Part shown: piece after piece, positions 48,438 to 58,885 of the stretch
Layout of the letters: each line of letters opens with the position of its first letter
Position numbering within the stretch: position 1 is the first letter of the stretch
Source: a virus
Taxonomy: Duplodnaviria; Heunggongvirae; Uroviricota; Caudoviricetes
Reading direction: 5' to 3' (one strand)
Virus record (IMG/VR): IMGVR_UViG_3300042549_006728
DNA: 64,000 nucleotides
The notes under the pieces: generated by a model
What the model was told of the DNA's origin: nothing
Seen by the model: only the letters and a program-made list of their open reading frames with translations
Databases searched by the model: none
Translations under genes and position numbers: made by a program

Positions 48438-50682
48438 TATAAGAATCAAATTTATCTATAATGATATTTTTATATGTATCCCATACATATTTAATATCGT
48501 CATCAGTCAAACCATACATATCTTTAGTATAATTAGAAAAAGAAGCGGGATAATTAATACGAAAAAGTAAATTATAACTTAAAGAAGATAGACGGTAAAA
48601 AGGTGCGAAGAATATATCGTCATTAATCGAAACTTTAGTATCAGCCACAAGAAATTCCACAATTTTATTTAGATATTCATCTTTTCTATCTACAGATTCA
48701 TTAATTCTATCACCATTCTTTTTTAATAACATTTCTTCATATATAATAGTAGATAATTTTTGTATGTATCTATCATATAACTCTTGTACAGTATCTATAT
48801 CACATATACTATAAGTGTTACAAATATAATCTATATCTTCTCCTTCATCTAAATTAAAACCACTACCATTTGACCAATCATAAATATCATATATACTATA
48901 ATCATATGCATCCTCATCCACATCCTCATCAGGATTAGTAAAAGGGTACCATATTTCTACTTTAGTTTCTGAATGATCACTAAACCTATTAATGTAAATA
49001 TTATATTCGGTATCGTCTATCATAAAATCTACAATCTTATTTAGATAATCAGATTTTCTATCTACAGATTCATTTATATTATTACCTTTAACCCTTAACA
49101 TATCATCGTATATTTTAGTGAATAATTTCTCAGTGTATTTTTTAAATATATCTTCTATGGTTTTTACACTACGTATATTGTACACATCCCACATATATTC
49201 AATCTCCACTCTATTAAGGATATATTCACTCGATTCCTTAATAGTAGATACCTCATATATAGTATAAGGGAATCCAGAGTCTTGTGCAGAATAAGGATAC
49301 CTTATATAGACAAAAATTTCTGTAGAATCGACATTATATTGGGAAATACTAAGTTCATATTCGGTATCGTCTACCATATAATCAGAAATCTTATCTATTA
49401 GATCATCCTTTCTATCCACTGATTCATTAATGGGGACTTTAAATATATTAAGGATATTTTTTTTATATTTACTCCACACCCCTTTTACTTCTGAATTAGT
49501 TAACCCATAACTATCTTTACAATAGTTAAAAAAGTTTCTTTTCAACATATCATCAGATATTTTTTTTAAGTAGACTGTAGAAAACCATATAGATGCAAAC
49601 GATGGTTTAAAAATTCCAAAATCTCCTTCTCCCATAGATATTTCCGTGTCATCTACAAGAAATCCCACAATCTTATCTAAATAATCAGATTTTCTATCCA
49701 CAGATTCGTTAATGGTAGGTACACCATTAATGATAGAAAACCCATTAATTTTAGGGGTTAAAACTTTAAGATATCTTTTCCATAATTTTCTTATTTCCTC
49801 ATCATCTGTCAATCCATACGTGTCTTTACAATAGTTAAAAAAGTTTCTTACATAAGAATTACCAATAAGATATTTTAATTCTAAATGATCTGTCATAGGT
49901 ATTAGACCATAGAAATGATTAAAAGTAGGTTTAGCGTGACCAGTAGGATAAGGTGGATACCACACTTTATTCTTTTGATCCACCATAGTGTCATCCACAA
50001 GGTAATCTATAATTTTATCCATATATTCACCTTTAGAAATTTTATCCACAGATTCATTAATATTATCCTTACCAAATACAATATCCCTCATAACATCCTT
50101 ATATGTTTCCCATACATAAACAATACCCTCTTCTGAAGTAATTCCAAACGACTCATCAATGTATTCCATAAAACCGTCTATAGGGATATATGTCTCAAAA
50201 AGAAGTCTGTGAAAAGGTGTGAAATTATTACTACCTTGTCTAAGTGATCTCTTATATGTAAAAGGAAAAAATATCATCCTATTTTCATAGTCTACTTTAG
50301 TATCATCTACAAGAAATCCCACAACCTTATCTAAATATCTTTTTTTATTATCCACAGATTCATTAATGGGTTTAAGATCATACATAATAGATTCTTTATT
50401 ATATCTATCCTTAATAATGGTTTTATAGTTGTCCCATATATATTTTGTCTCATCGTAATTTAAACCATATGTATCCCTACAAGTTATCTGAACATCTGAA
50501 GGCATACCCCACGAAAGTTTATTTTTTAAATCATCGATAAAACTAGGTAAAGGTTTACCATTCGGACCTATCGGAGAAAAAGGATATATTATAACACCCG
50601 TTTCATATCTAATTATAGTATCATCAACAAACCACTTAAGAATCTTATCTAAATATATTTTTTTATTATCTTCCATATCCAT
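48424..50682 (-). CDS. Seven-domain DDT-family polyprotein
   Basis: Six INESVD linkers separate seven diverged YLDKIV.FLVDDT...YGL...W..Y units. Confidence 0.88.
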   Translation of the reverse strand: MDMEDNKKIYLDKILKWFVDDTIIRYETGVIIYPFSPIGPNGKPLPSFIDDLKNKLSWGMPSDVQITCRDTYGLNYDETKYIWDNYKTIIKDRYNKESIMYDLKPINESVDNKKRYLDKVVGFLVDDTKVDYENRMIFFPFTYKRSLRQGSNNFTPFHRLLFETYIPIDGFMEYIDESFGITSEEGIVYVWETYKDVMRDIVFGKDNINESVDKISKGEYMDKIIDYLVDDTMVDQKNKVWYPPYPTGHAKPTFNHFYGLIPMTDHLELKYLIGNSYVRNFFNYCKDTYGLTDDEEIRKLWKRYLKVLTPKINGFSIINGVPTINESVDRKSDYLDKIVGFLVDDTEISMGEGDFGIFKPSFASIWFSTVYLKKISDDMLKRNFFNYCKDSYGLTNSEVKGVWSKYKKNILNIFKVPINESVDRKDDLIDKISDYMVDDTEYELSISQYNVDSTEIFVYIRYPYSAQDSGFPYTIYEVSTIKESSEYILNRVEIEYMWDVYNIRSVKTIEDIFKKYTEKLFTKIYDDMLRVKGNNINESVDRKSDYLNKIVDFMIDDTEYNIYINRFSDHSETKVEIWYPFTNPDEDVDEDAYDYSIYDIYDWSNGSGFNLDEGEDIDYICNTYSICDIDTVQELYDRYIQKLSTIIYEEMLLKKNGDRINESVDRKDEYLNKIVEFLVADTKVSINDDIFFAPFYRLSSLSYNLLFRINYPASFSNYTKDMYGLTDDDIKYVWDTYKNIIIDKFDSYIKGS

Positions 50683-50853
50683 ATTATAAATACCTTAATA
50701 TTTGGAAACGTAAATTTTTCTGGAAAATTTTTAACCCTATATACCGTTCACCAGAAATGGGTGTTCATTGTCACTGAACAAACCTATGTATTGAACAATA
50801 AAAAAACCCCACTCTTATTAGGAATGGGGTAATATATTATAAGGTTTTTATTT

Positions 50854-51156
50854 TTACCATTTTTCTCCTTCGTCATCTTTATTTCTAAGATCTTCTAATA
50901 AATCCATAAAGATTACACTCTCATCTATATAATGTAATTGATATCTAAATTCCTCCATTATCTTTTCTGCGGCATCATAAATTTCATTTTCATACCATCC
51001 TGGATCAATATCTTGATGAGATAATTCACTTTCTATGGACGAAACAATATCTTCGATGGAAATTGAATTACCCATTGACATATCTTGTGATTCTTTTACG
51101 GTTTTTTTAACTATTCTAGTTAAATCGTTCTCTGTTAATCTTACTATCTTTTTCAT
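50854..51156 (-). CDS. Acidic protein with MKKIVRLTENDLTRIVKKTVKE leader
   Basis: 100 aa; ATATTTAT at 51176; terminator-like hairpin at about 50800-50831. Confidence 0.75.
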   Translation of the reverse strand: MKKIVRLTENDLTRIVKKTVKESQDMSMGNSISIEDIVSSIESELSHQDIDPGWYENEIYDAAEKIMEEFRYQLHYIDESVIFMDLLEDLRNKDDEGEKW

Positions 51157-51199
51157 ATTATAATTTTTTTATTATATAAATATACTATAATTCTCAAAA

Positions 51200-51800
51200 T
51201 TAAAAATTTACTTGAAAAATTTTTGGGTAGTTGGGGAAGAATGAAAATGGGGTCGACATTTGGAGAGATGAAATAAAAAAAGGTTCGAACCTAAACTTAA
51301 AAATTTCCTGGAAAATTCATGGACAATATCGCCTCCCCTACCACAACCAAAACATACCCAGAGGGAAGGGGGGATACGATGGGGGGTGTCTGGGGGACCC
51401 TCCCTCTTACTCTATAGGAGGGGGGTTTATTGTGTCTCTTATCAAAGACCCCCTCCCCATTAGGATTATATGTATATATCTATCTCATTTCATACTACAA
51501 ATATACGAATAATATATTAGAAAATCAAATTATAGGGCATAAAAAAAGGAGATAGTTTCATATTCTGTTGTAATTAATACTTACTGAATAATCTTTCTAT
51601 CTCCTTCTATCGTCTCTACTCAGTCTATGAACTCTGAGGAGACTTTACGTGTTAACCTTCCGTTCATGTATAAGAAGAACTTGTCATTCTCTACACTATC
51701 TTCTCCATAAGGGTGGGGAGGAGAAGAGGAAAGGATCCCACATAACTAAATCAAACAACTATGATACAATATTAAGTATATTATTTTAAAAAGTCAATAG
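51200..51800. other. About 600 bp non-coding island with G-tracts and hairpins
   Basis: G3/G6/G6/G5 runs at 51363-51396, C-tracts at 51398-51404 and 51450-51459, and stem aaggagatag/ctatctcctt. Confidence 0.6.
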
Positions 51801-52826
51801 TTATCTATTATAATTTATCATTTCTTCATATATAATAGGACGTAGTTTATTTATATATCTATTATATAGTTCTTGTGTGATCCATCTTTGAGTTATACCA
51901 AATTGTTCTTCTAAATAATCTCTATCAGTTTCATTCAGAAAGAACTGTTCCCAGTCTACTTCCATTTCATCCATTTGAAATTCATCAGAGTCACCACTAG
52001 GGAAAGTTATCTCCACTCTTACATGTCGTTCTAAGTCATCTTCACCTAATTCTTCCATAAAGATATCCCATGTGGTGTCTTGTACCATAAAGTCTACTAT
52101 TCTATTAAGTGTATCCTCTTTTCTTTCTACAGATTCATTCATAGGGTTTTTAGATGATCCTAATAGTTCTTTTACTTTATCATATAATAAAGAATAATAC
52201 CTTTGAGATATATTAGTAATAAGATTCCAATCTTTTATACTATATGTATCATTAACATAATTAACAAAATTCAAATCATAACCTCTCCTTAATAATAATG
52301 GTAATACTTTATCAATACTGTATGAGTTAAATCCTTCAGAAGGGTAAACTATTACCACTCTATCTCTATGAAAATAGTATTCAGTATCATCTAACATATA
52401 CTGTGAGATCTTATCTACTAATAGATCTTCCTTATTCTCTTTAGATTCATTCATTGGTTTACGTTCATAATTATCAAAGTCGTTTAATATGTTTGTAAAT
52501 AAGATTGTATAATACTTTAAATATATTTTTTCTAGAATGGTTTCATCTTTTATACTATAGTTGTCATCCATATAGTTATAATCATATAAATTAAAAAAGA
52601 TTACATCCACCCCTTTCTCTTTAAAATCATTTAGATGAGATCTAATTTCACTCTCATTTAAATATATTAGATAATTATACATTGGATATTTTACCTCACA
52701 TATTATCTCACCCATAAACCTATGGTAGACTTCATATGTAGTATCACCCAGTAGACTCTCTACAACTCTATCTACTAATAGATCCTCTCTATTCTCTTTA
52801 ACAATACCTTTAATGGTTACCTTCAT
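51801..52826 (-). CDS. Leader plus three-domain DDT-family polyprotein
   Basis: MKVTIKGIVKE leader and two PMNES linkers. Confidence 0.85.
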   Translation of the reverse strand: MKVTIKGIVKENREDLLVDRVVESLLGDTTYEVYHRFMGEIICEVKYPMYNYLIYLNESEIRSHLNDFKEKGVDVIFFNLYDYNYMDDNYSIKDETILEKIYLKYYTILFTNILNDFDNYERKPMNESKENKEDLLVDKISQYMLDDTEYYFHRDRVVIVYPSEGFNSYSIDKVLPLLLRRGYDLNFVNYVNDTYSIKDWNLITNISQRYYSLLYDKVKELLGSSKNPMNESVERKEDTLNRIVDFMVQDTTWDIFMEELGEDDLERHVRVEITFPSGDSDEFQMDEMEVDWEQFFLNETDRDYLEEQFGITQRWITQELYNRYINKLRPIIYEEMINYNR

Positions 52827-53086
52827 TTTCTTTAATAATATATTAATAAATATTAGGATATGTCAGAAATGATCCGTAACTTTATATTGTCAGTGGTTCA
52901 TAACCGAGACGGGTCAGAGAAACAAGTTCTTCTCTAAGAGGGTGGACTCCGACCTGTCTTATATATTTATAATTAGTTCACCTATGATCAACCGACCTCT
53001 GATCTCTTCATACTATATATCTATATGTACGCCTGTTTCGGTATTACCACCAACATAACAAAGGTAGTAATAATAATCGACATATC

Positions 53087-54160
53087 CTAAAATAATCCAC
53101 TATTTTTTATATAATGATGCCACACATATTGTATTTCTTCTATATGTAACCCATACATATTTTCACAATATATAGAAAACGCCCTGAAGGAATGTACTGG
53201 AAGATGTTGTTGTTTGTTAGGAGTAAGTAGGAGTATATTACTAAAGTATGGATATTTAATTTCTCTCTCTTCATAATCTATAATAGTATCATCTATTATA
53301 TACTGTACAATTTTATCTAAGTATATTTTTTTACTGTCTACAGATTCATTCATTGGTTTGGAATTTATCTTATGATTAAATATAACTTTATATTGATCCC
53401 ATACATATACTGATTCCTCATATGTTAATCCATATGTATCATTACAATATTCAGAGAACGCATTAAATAATGGAGATTCAATTGTTGCGTAATATAATGG
53501 TGTTGATAAACCCCATTGGGAATTAATATAAGGAAGAAAAGGATATGTTACTAACTTTTGTTCATAGTCTAGTTCTGTATCATCGATTATATACTGTGAT
53601 ATATTGTCTAGATATTTTTCTTTTCTCTCTACAGATTCATTAATAGATCCTTTATCGTCAACAATAGATTTATATTTTTCCCACACATATATAATTTCTT
53701 CACCTGTCAATCCATATATATCTTTACAATATTTAAGAAAAGAATAGTAGTAAGGAGAAGGTATTATAAAGGGTGGAATAATAGGAATGGGATTATATAG
53801 ATATGGTAGTTTACATAGATTCTTATTGTAATCTATCTCTGTATCATCTATTATATACTGTACAATCTTATCTAGATATATTTCTTTATTGTCTACGGAT
53901 TCATTGATAGATCCAGGAAGTTTAATCTTTCTATTAATTTGAAATAAAAGATTACCATAGACATATAAACAATCATCACTGTTTAAACCATAGTCAAACT
54001 CTAATATATCCCATACCGTACTGAAGAATCCATTTGAAAGAAACTCTACATCATAGGTTCTATTAGATCCATCTAATATCTCTACTGTAGAATGAAGATA
54101 ATTTATTTTAATATCCTCTAACAAATACTCCACTATCTTATTTAAATGTGTTTTATCCAT
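53087..54160 (-). CDS. Four-domain DDT-family polyprotein
   Basis: GSINESVD, GSINESVE and PMNESVD linkers; YLDKIVQYIIDDT units. Confidence 0.88.
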   Translation of the reverse strand: MDKTHLNKIVEYLLEDIKINYLHSTVEILDGSNRTYDVEFLSNGFFSTVWDILEFDYGLNSDDCLYVYGNLLFQINRKIKLPGSINESVDNKEIYLDKIVQYIIDDTEIDYNKNLCKLPYLYNPIPIIPPFIIPSPYYYSFLKYCKDIYGLTGEEIIYVWEKYKSIVDDKGSINESVERKEKYLDNISQYIIDDTELDYEQKLVTYPFLPYINSQWGLSTPLYYATIESPLFNAFSEYCNDTYGLTYEESVYVWDQYKVIFNHKINSKPMNESVDSKKIYLDKIVQYIIDDTIIDYEEREIKYPYFSNILLLTPNKQQHLPVHSFRAFSIYCENMYGLHIEEIQYVWHHYIKNSGLF

Positions 54161-54628
54161 ACCTATAAATATATGTTAACGGTTGAATGTAATGTTATCA
54201 CCATGTTCCCATTCTCCTACTTCTATCTCATCTTCCATATAAATAAATATACGTAGTGGTAAAAAGTGGTAAGGTTCTAGTTTTGTTAATAACTTTTTTA
54301 TCGAAATAGTTGATTTTTACATATTTTTTCCGTATATTTGTATATAGGTTTTTGAAAATTTCAGAAATATTATAGGGAGAATTAACGCACTACGCAATGT
54401 TATTTTACCCTTTCTCTTTAAACCTTATTCAATTTCCCACTTTTTACCACATTAAACATCGATTATAAAATATAGTCTATTTTAATGAGGCAAACACATT
54501 TCTACGTATAGGTACAGTTTATAGAATTAATTGTGGGGGTTTCTGGTACACTCTAATAAACTATCTTTTAAGAAATATCTTCCTATACCATACAGATGTC
54601 ATAGTGTCTCAGACGGTCTTAAATTCAT

Positions 54629-54679
54629 TATTAGGTTGTAGACTTATATTGTATGAATATTAGGTTGTAGACTTATATT
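54629..54679. repeat. 22 bp direct repeat, two copies (tattaggttgtagacttatatt)
   Basis: Copies at 54629-54650 and 54658-54679; the second overlaps the HNH gene stop. Confidence 0.85.
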
Positions 54680-55413
54680 ATTTTATCTCTTTTAACATAC
54701 CTATTAATATATGAACATAGTGGTTGTATATTACTATGGTGATTTAGTTTTATAATATCTTCTTCACACTTACCTGATGATAATGGAATTATATGATCCA
54801 AATCCCATCCATAGTTTTTAGTTTTATGATCACATAAACCATAGTTATTCCAGTTCATCCATTCTTCCCATTGTGATTCCATATATAATTTAAATTCTTC
54901 GTATGTGCAACCTAATATCTTATATGTTTTAGATTTTTTTGTATACCCATTTTTTTTTAGGGTTACATTAATTCTATTACGAATTGAGTTAGTCAGTTTA
55001 TATATAGTATTTTGATTATATCTTTGTCTACGATACCCTTGTAACCTTTCTTTATGTTTTTCCCTATATTCTTTATTTTTTATAGATAGTATTTCTTTAT
55101 TTTTTTCAGTATATATTTTGTCATATTCTTTTTTCTTATCTTTAATAATTTCTTTATTTTTTTCTAAATATAACTTCCTCTTTTCTTTGTAATTTTTACT
55201 ATAATATAGTTTAGAATATTCATTTGTTTTTAATCTATTTTTTTCTTTATTTTTTTCTCTATATTCTTTTTTATGGAGATATAATCTTTCTTTATTTTTT
55301 TCACTATAAAGTTTTTGGTATTCCTTTAAACATAACTTACATTTAGTTCTACCTTTAGGAAATTCAGTTAATTCTTTTTCTTCCTTACATTTGGTACATA
55401 CTTTCTTTTCCAT
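54673..55413 (-). CDS. HNH-type endonuclease with N-terminal CxxC zinc finger and K/E/Y-rich repeats
   Basis: CTKC...CKLC; WDLDHIIPLS...LNHHSNIQPLC..N..K. Confidence 0.8.
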   Translation of the reverse strand: MEKKVCTKCKEEKELTEFPKGRTKCKLCLKEYQKLYSEKNKERLYLHKKEYREKNKEKNRLKTNEYSKLYYSKNYKEKRKLYLEKNKEIIKDKKKEYDKIYTEKNKEILSIKNKEYREKHKERLQGYRRQRYNQNTIYKLTNSIRNRINVTLKKNGYTKKSKTYKILGCTYEEFKLYMESQWEEWMNWNNYGLCDHKTKNYGWDLDHIIPLSSGKCEEDIIKLNHHSNIQPLCSYINRYVKRDKII

Positions 55414-55443
55414 ATAAAAATGTCAAAAACGTTTGATAACCCT

Positions 55444-56157
55444 TTATATTATTTCCTTTCTATTTTTACCTCTTTGTTTACCATCGTGTCTGTATCTTTG
55501 ATGTCTACTTTTTATATCTACCCTCCAACAGAAACCTCCCGCAGTCATACGTTCACCTTTATCAACCTTACAAATATTACCTGTCGTAGTGTTATTTTCT
55601 TTTGCCGCATCACTTATTGATTCATATGTCTTTATTATATTGCCAAAGATATCCAACTTATGAACCCTTACAATTCTATTTTTATTTACATTTATAATGG
55701 TTTTTTCCTTTTTTAATACCTCATACCTGTGATGTTGATTATATGTATTATCACACCATTCCAAATTTCCTACCCTATTATCATCTGTTATACCATTAAT
55801 ATGATTAATTTGTGGTAAATTATTGGGATTCGGTATAAATGATTTGGCAACCTCTCTGTGTACCAATACTGATAATCTTTTTACTTTCGATGTTGTACAC
55901 ATATCATCATTGTAACTTAGATGAATCGATACATAGTTCTTTTTATTTAATGTACCAACAAGAATACCTTCATCAATTTTAATTAATGTTTGTTTGTATG
56001 GTTTACTAGTTTTTTTACTTATTCTGTTGGATACGGTATACCCCTCCAAACGTTTAACCCTACCCATGTTTGATACGTAAAAGGTGTTCTCATGACCCAC
56101 CATCGGTTTCCATACTTCACCTTCAATATTCTTTAAATCTTTATTTCTGTGTACCAT
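55444..56157 (-). CDS. NUMOD4-HNH homing endonuclease with C-terminal NUMOD1-like domain
   Basis: EVWKP...Y.VSNMGRVK; VHREVA..F...INHING..DNRVGNLEWC...N; YESISDAA...AGGF.W. Confidence 0.9.
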   Translation of the reverse strand: MVHRNKDLKNIEGEVWKPMVGHENTFYVSNMGRVKRLEGYTVSNRISKKTSKPYKQTLIKIDEGILVGTLNKKNYVSIHLSYNDDMCTTSKVKRLSVLVHREVAKSFIPNPNNLPQINHINGITDDNRVGNLEWCDNTYNQHHRYEVLKKEKTIINVNKNRIVRVHKLDIFGNIIKTYESISDAAKENNTTTGNICKVDKGERMTAGGFCWRVDIKSRHQRYRHDGKQRGKNRKEII

Positions 56158-56253
56158 AATAAAACTATTATACCACAAATATAATAAAATAATTCATATA
56201 AACAAAAAAAACCCCATATTTCTATAGAGGTTCTAATATTAGTTATTGTAGAT

Positions 56254-56460
56254 TCATATAAATTTTCTATTCGATATATTATGTACCTTCTTAACTTTAG
56301 AATAAGATCTAACACCTTGTTTCCTAATCTTTATCATCTTATTTTTCATAATCAGATCCTGTTTAATCATCCCATCGTTTTGGAGTTTCATATTCCTTTC
56401 ATGTAGACTATAATTAACCGAACAAGAAACTAATAGTATAAGTATTATTATAAATTTCAT
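56254..56460 (-). CDS. Small lipoprotein
   Basis: Lipobox LLVS|C. Confidence 0.6.
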   Translation of the reverse strand: MKFIIILILLVSCSVNYSLHERNMKLQNDGMIKQDLIMKNKMIKIRKQGVRSYSKVKKVHNISNRKFI

Positions 56461-58124
56461 ATATATTCTCTATTTCATTACTATATGTTTACCACAATTC
56501 TTTAATTCTTCCACATAGGTTAATAACTCTTCTACTGTCTCAAAGATCACTTCATTCTTTTCCCCACTATTAGAGACAATTACACAATAAGGTTTATAAT
56601 AAAATGTTTCATCCTCTATGTATTTTTCTGTTGATCTTTTATTATACTCTTCTATGGTTCCCCAGTATTCGTCATCCCATTTTCCATATACACCATAAAA
56701 TTTTTCATACTTAGGGAATATCCCATATCTGGTACCTACTTTTATTGAACCGTTTCTTACGGATAAACCTATATCCCACACTTCTGTCTTTGTGTGGACA
56801 TATATTTCTGATATATTATCAGTGAACAATATTTTCATAATTTATTATTTATTTAATTCTTTACGTTCCTCAATTAAATTCTCTATTTCTTCTATGGGTA
56901 GAGTTAATATTAATTGTCTTAACATTTGATATTCCATCCCAACTTGTTTTAATATATACTCCATCGTTTCCCCATCAACCTCTACCTTCTTTAACTCTTG
57001 TATGATGTCATAAATGGTGGTGAAATTTTCTTTTAATACTGTCATAATCTTATTTTAATTATGTTTAGTTATATCTAACAGATAATTTAAATCCATTTTT
57101 AATGAATCTCTACCCATTTGTAATAAATGATTCTTTATTCCCGTAATTGGATCGGTATCGTAATAAACTGTTGTTGCCTGACCATTGATACCTTTAATAC
57201 AAAAATACTTATCATTAACGTTATACGTTTCTAAATTAAACAGTTCAACTAAGTGTAATATTTCCTCTTTATTCATAACTTACTATTTTTGTTTATTATA
57301 TTATTTATTTCTTTTTAATGGTTCCTTCTTAAATGAGTATCCAGTTATGTCAGTATACCTCAGTAACTCTTTATCTCCTTCGATATCTATACTACCATTA
57401 CCAATTCTAACCATAACGATTTTAAACCCCAATTTATTTGAGAACCATTTAATTAATCTTACATTTAATCTTTTCATACTTTATTATCTACCTATTTTAT
57501 TAAAGTCTTCGGGAGTTAATTCCTCCATCCTTTTGTCTTTCCAATTAGTCCCAATAACGGCAAGTGCTTGTCCCATATCAAAACCAGTTTCAGAATAACA
57601 GAATAATTCTTCACCATCATCACCAAATACATGAGTTATATCTACTGTATCGTGAGACCAAACGTACAACCATTTTTCTTCAGTTGACCCATAAGGTCCT
57701 TCAGATTCATATTTTATTTTCCTATACTGACTACTCATCTTTATTTATTTAAAGTAATTTATATGTCTTTTAGATATTGGATGTTCATTACCTTTTGAAT
57801 CCCTAACCATATACAACCCTGATTTGGTTTTTCTCATAATGGTAAAAATTTCTTCATTTCTATAACTTCTCCAAGGTTGTGACATTCTTAAATCTCTCCC
57901 AAAATCAATTGTCGTTTCTTTTCCTATGTATTCTTCTTCACTTACATATTCTGATTTAAGTTCATCACCAACTTCTTTTTTCCAAAGTTGTTTCATCCTT
58001 CCACGAGAAAGGAAATCACACATTGTTTCCCACCAGTTAATATAACCTTTTTTAGGATGAACGTCTTCTTTCCAACGACCTGTTCCTTTTAATTTCTTTT
58101 CTCTTCCGTAAGGTTTCATTATAT

Positions 58125-58193
58125 TTAATCTTCTATACCATTATCTAAAATGTCCTGTAATAAATCTGTGTATTGTTTGTCTAATTTATTCAT
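58125..58193 (-). pseudogene. 22-codon remnant of a thyA 5' end (MNKLDKQYTDLLQDILDNGIED*)
   Basis: Matches the N-terminus of thyA at 13346 (MNSLDKQYTDLLQDILDNGVTK) at 18 of the first 19 residues, then stops. Confidence 0.85.
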
Positions 58194-58381
58194 CTGTTCC
58201 TAAGTTTTTTAATCCTTCAATAACTTCCTTATTAAACTCTAAGGCAAAATCTCTTTCTATCATGTTAATAAGTGCTTGTTCAGCATCTAGTTTACCTTCA
58301 ACAGTTGCCATTTCAACACAATCATCATCCGTTTTCTCACTCCAAAACATCATATGTTTGAGTAAATCATTCCCATCAATT

Positions 58382-58885
58382 TTAATATTCATAACTTTCT
58401 AATTTAATCATTGCAAAATATTCAAAATCTGATATAGTGAATTCTTCTATCCTACCAGGTGTTGATTTTAGATATTCAACAATCACCTTATTTTCAGTTA
58501 TATCATTTACAACTATCTCAACAGGAGTTGACCCTAAATCTAAAGTAAATTTTTTTCCAATTAGTTGTTCTTTACCATAATGCTCCAATTGATTTTCGTT
58601 GAAGATATGTAATAATCCGTATTCATCCATTTCACCAATCACCCTGATGTCACCAGCAATTGTTTCAAATACACCTACAATTGTACAAGGAAATTTATAA
58701 CCTTTTGGTTTGTGAGTCTTGTCTCCCACTTTAAATTTTGTTTCAGTTTGATTAATGATACCTTTGAGTCGTTTAATTTCCTCAATTACATCATCACCCA
58801 ATTCAATCTTAGACATCATTGTTAGGTCTACCACTTGAGAGTATAATACTTTAATTAACTCGTCTTTTGCTTCTTCTTTATTCAT
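58382..58885 (-). CDS. Protein with a central DfrB (R67 DHFR)-like SH3-fold domain
   Basis: FKVGDKTHKPKGYKFPCTIVGVFET...GLLHIFNENQLE aligns by eye with R67 FGMGDRVRKKSG..WQGQIVGWYCT...GSVQIYPVAALE. Confidence 0.5.
   Translation of the reverse strand: MNKEEAKDELIKVLYSQVVDLTMMSKIELGDDVIEEIKRLKGIINQTETKFKVGDKTHKPKGYKFPCTIVGVFETIAGDIRVIGEMDEYGLLHIFNENQLEHYGKEQLIGKKFTLDLGSTPVEIVVNDITENKVIVEYLKSTPGRIEEFTISDFEYFAMIKLESYEY

Noticed and set aside
50042-50356. Two perfect DnaA boxes (TTATCCACA at 50042 and 50348)
   Set aside because: Both fall in the codons for the S-V-D-(K/N) linker of the polyprotein, so coding constraint explains them.
51231-51512. 93 aa plus-strand ORF over the G-rich island
   Set aside because: TTG start, Gly/Pro content dictated by G/C tracts, and no promoter motif; more likely non-coding.
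48424-54160. Diversity-generating retroelement or CRISPR array as the source of the repeated variable units
   Set aside because: The repeats are in-frame protein domains of about 300 bp with degenerate linkers. No reverse transcriptase, no near-identical TR/VR pair with A-specific differences, no constant repeat-spacer period and no cas genes are in the window.
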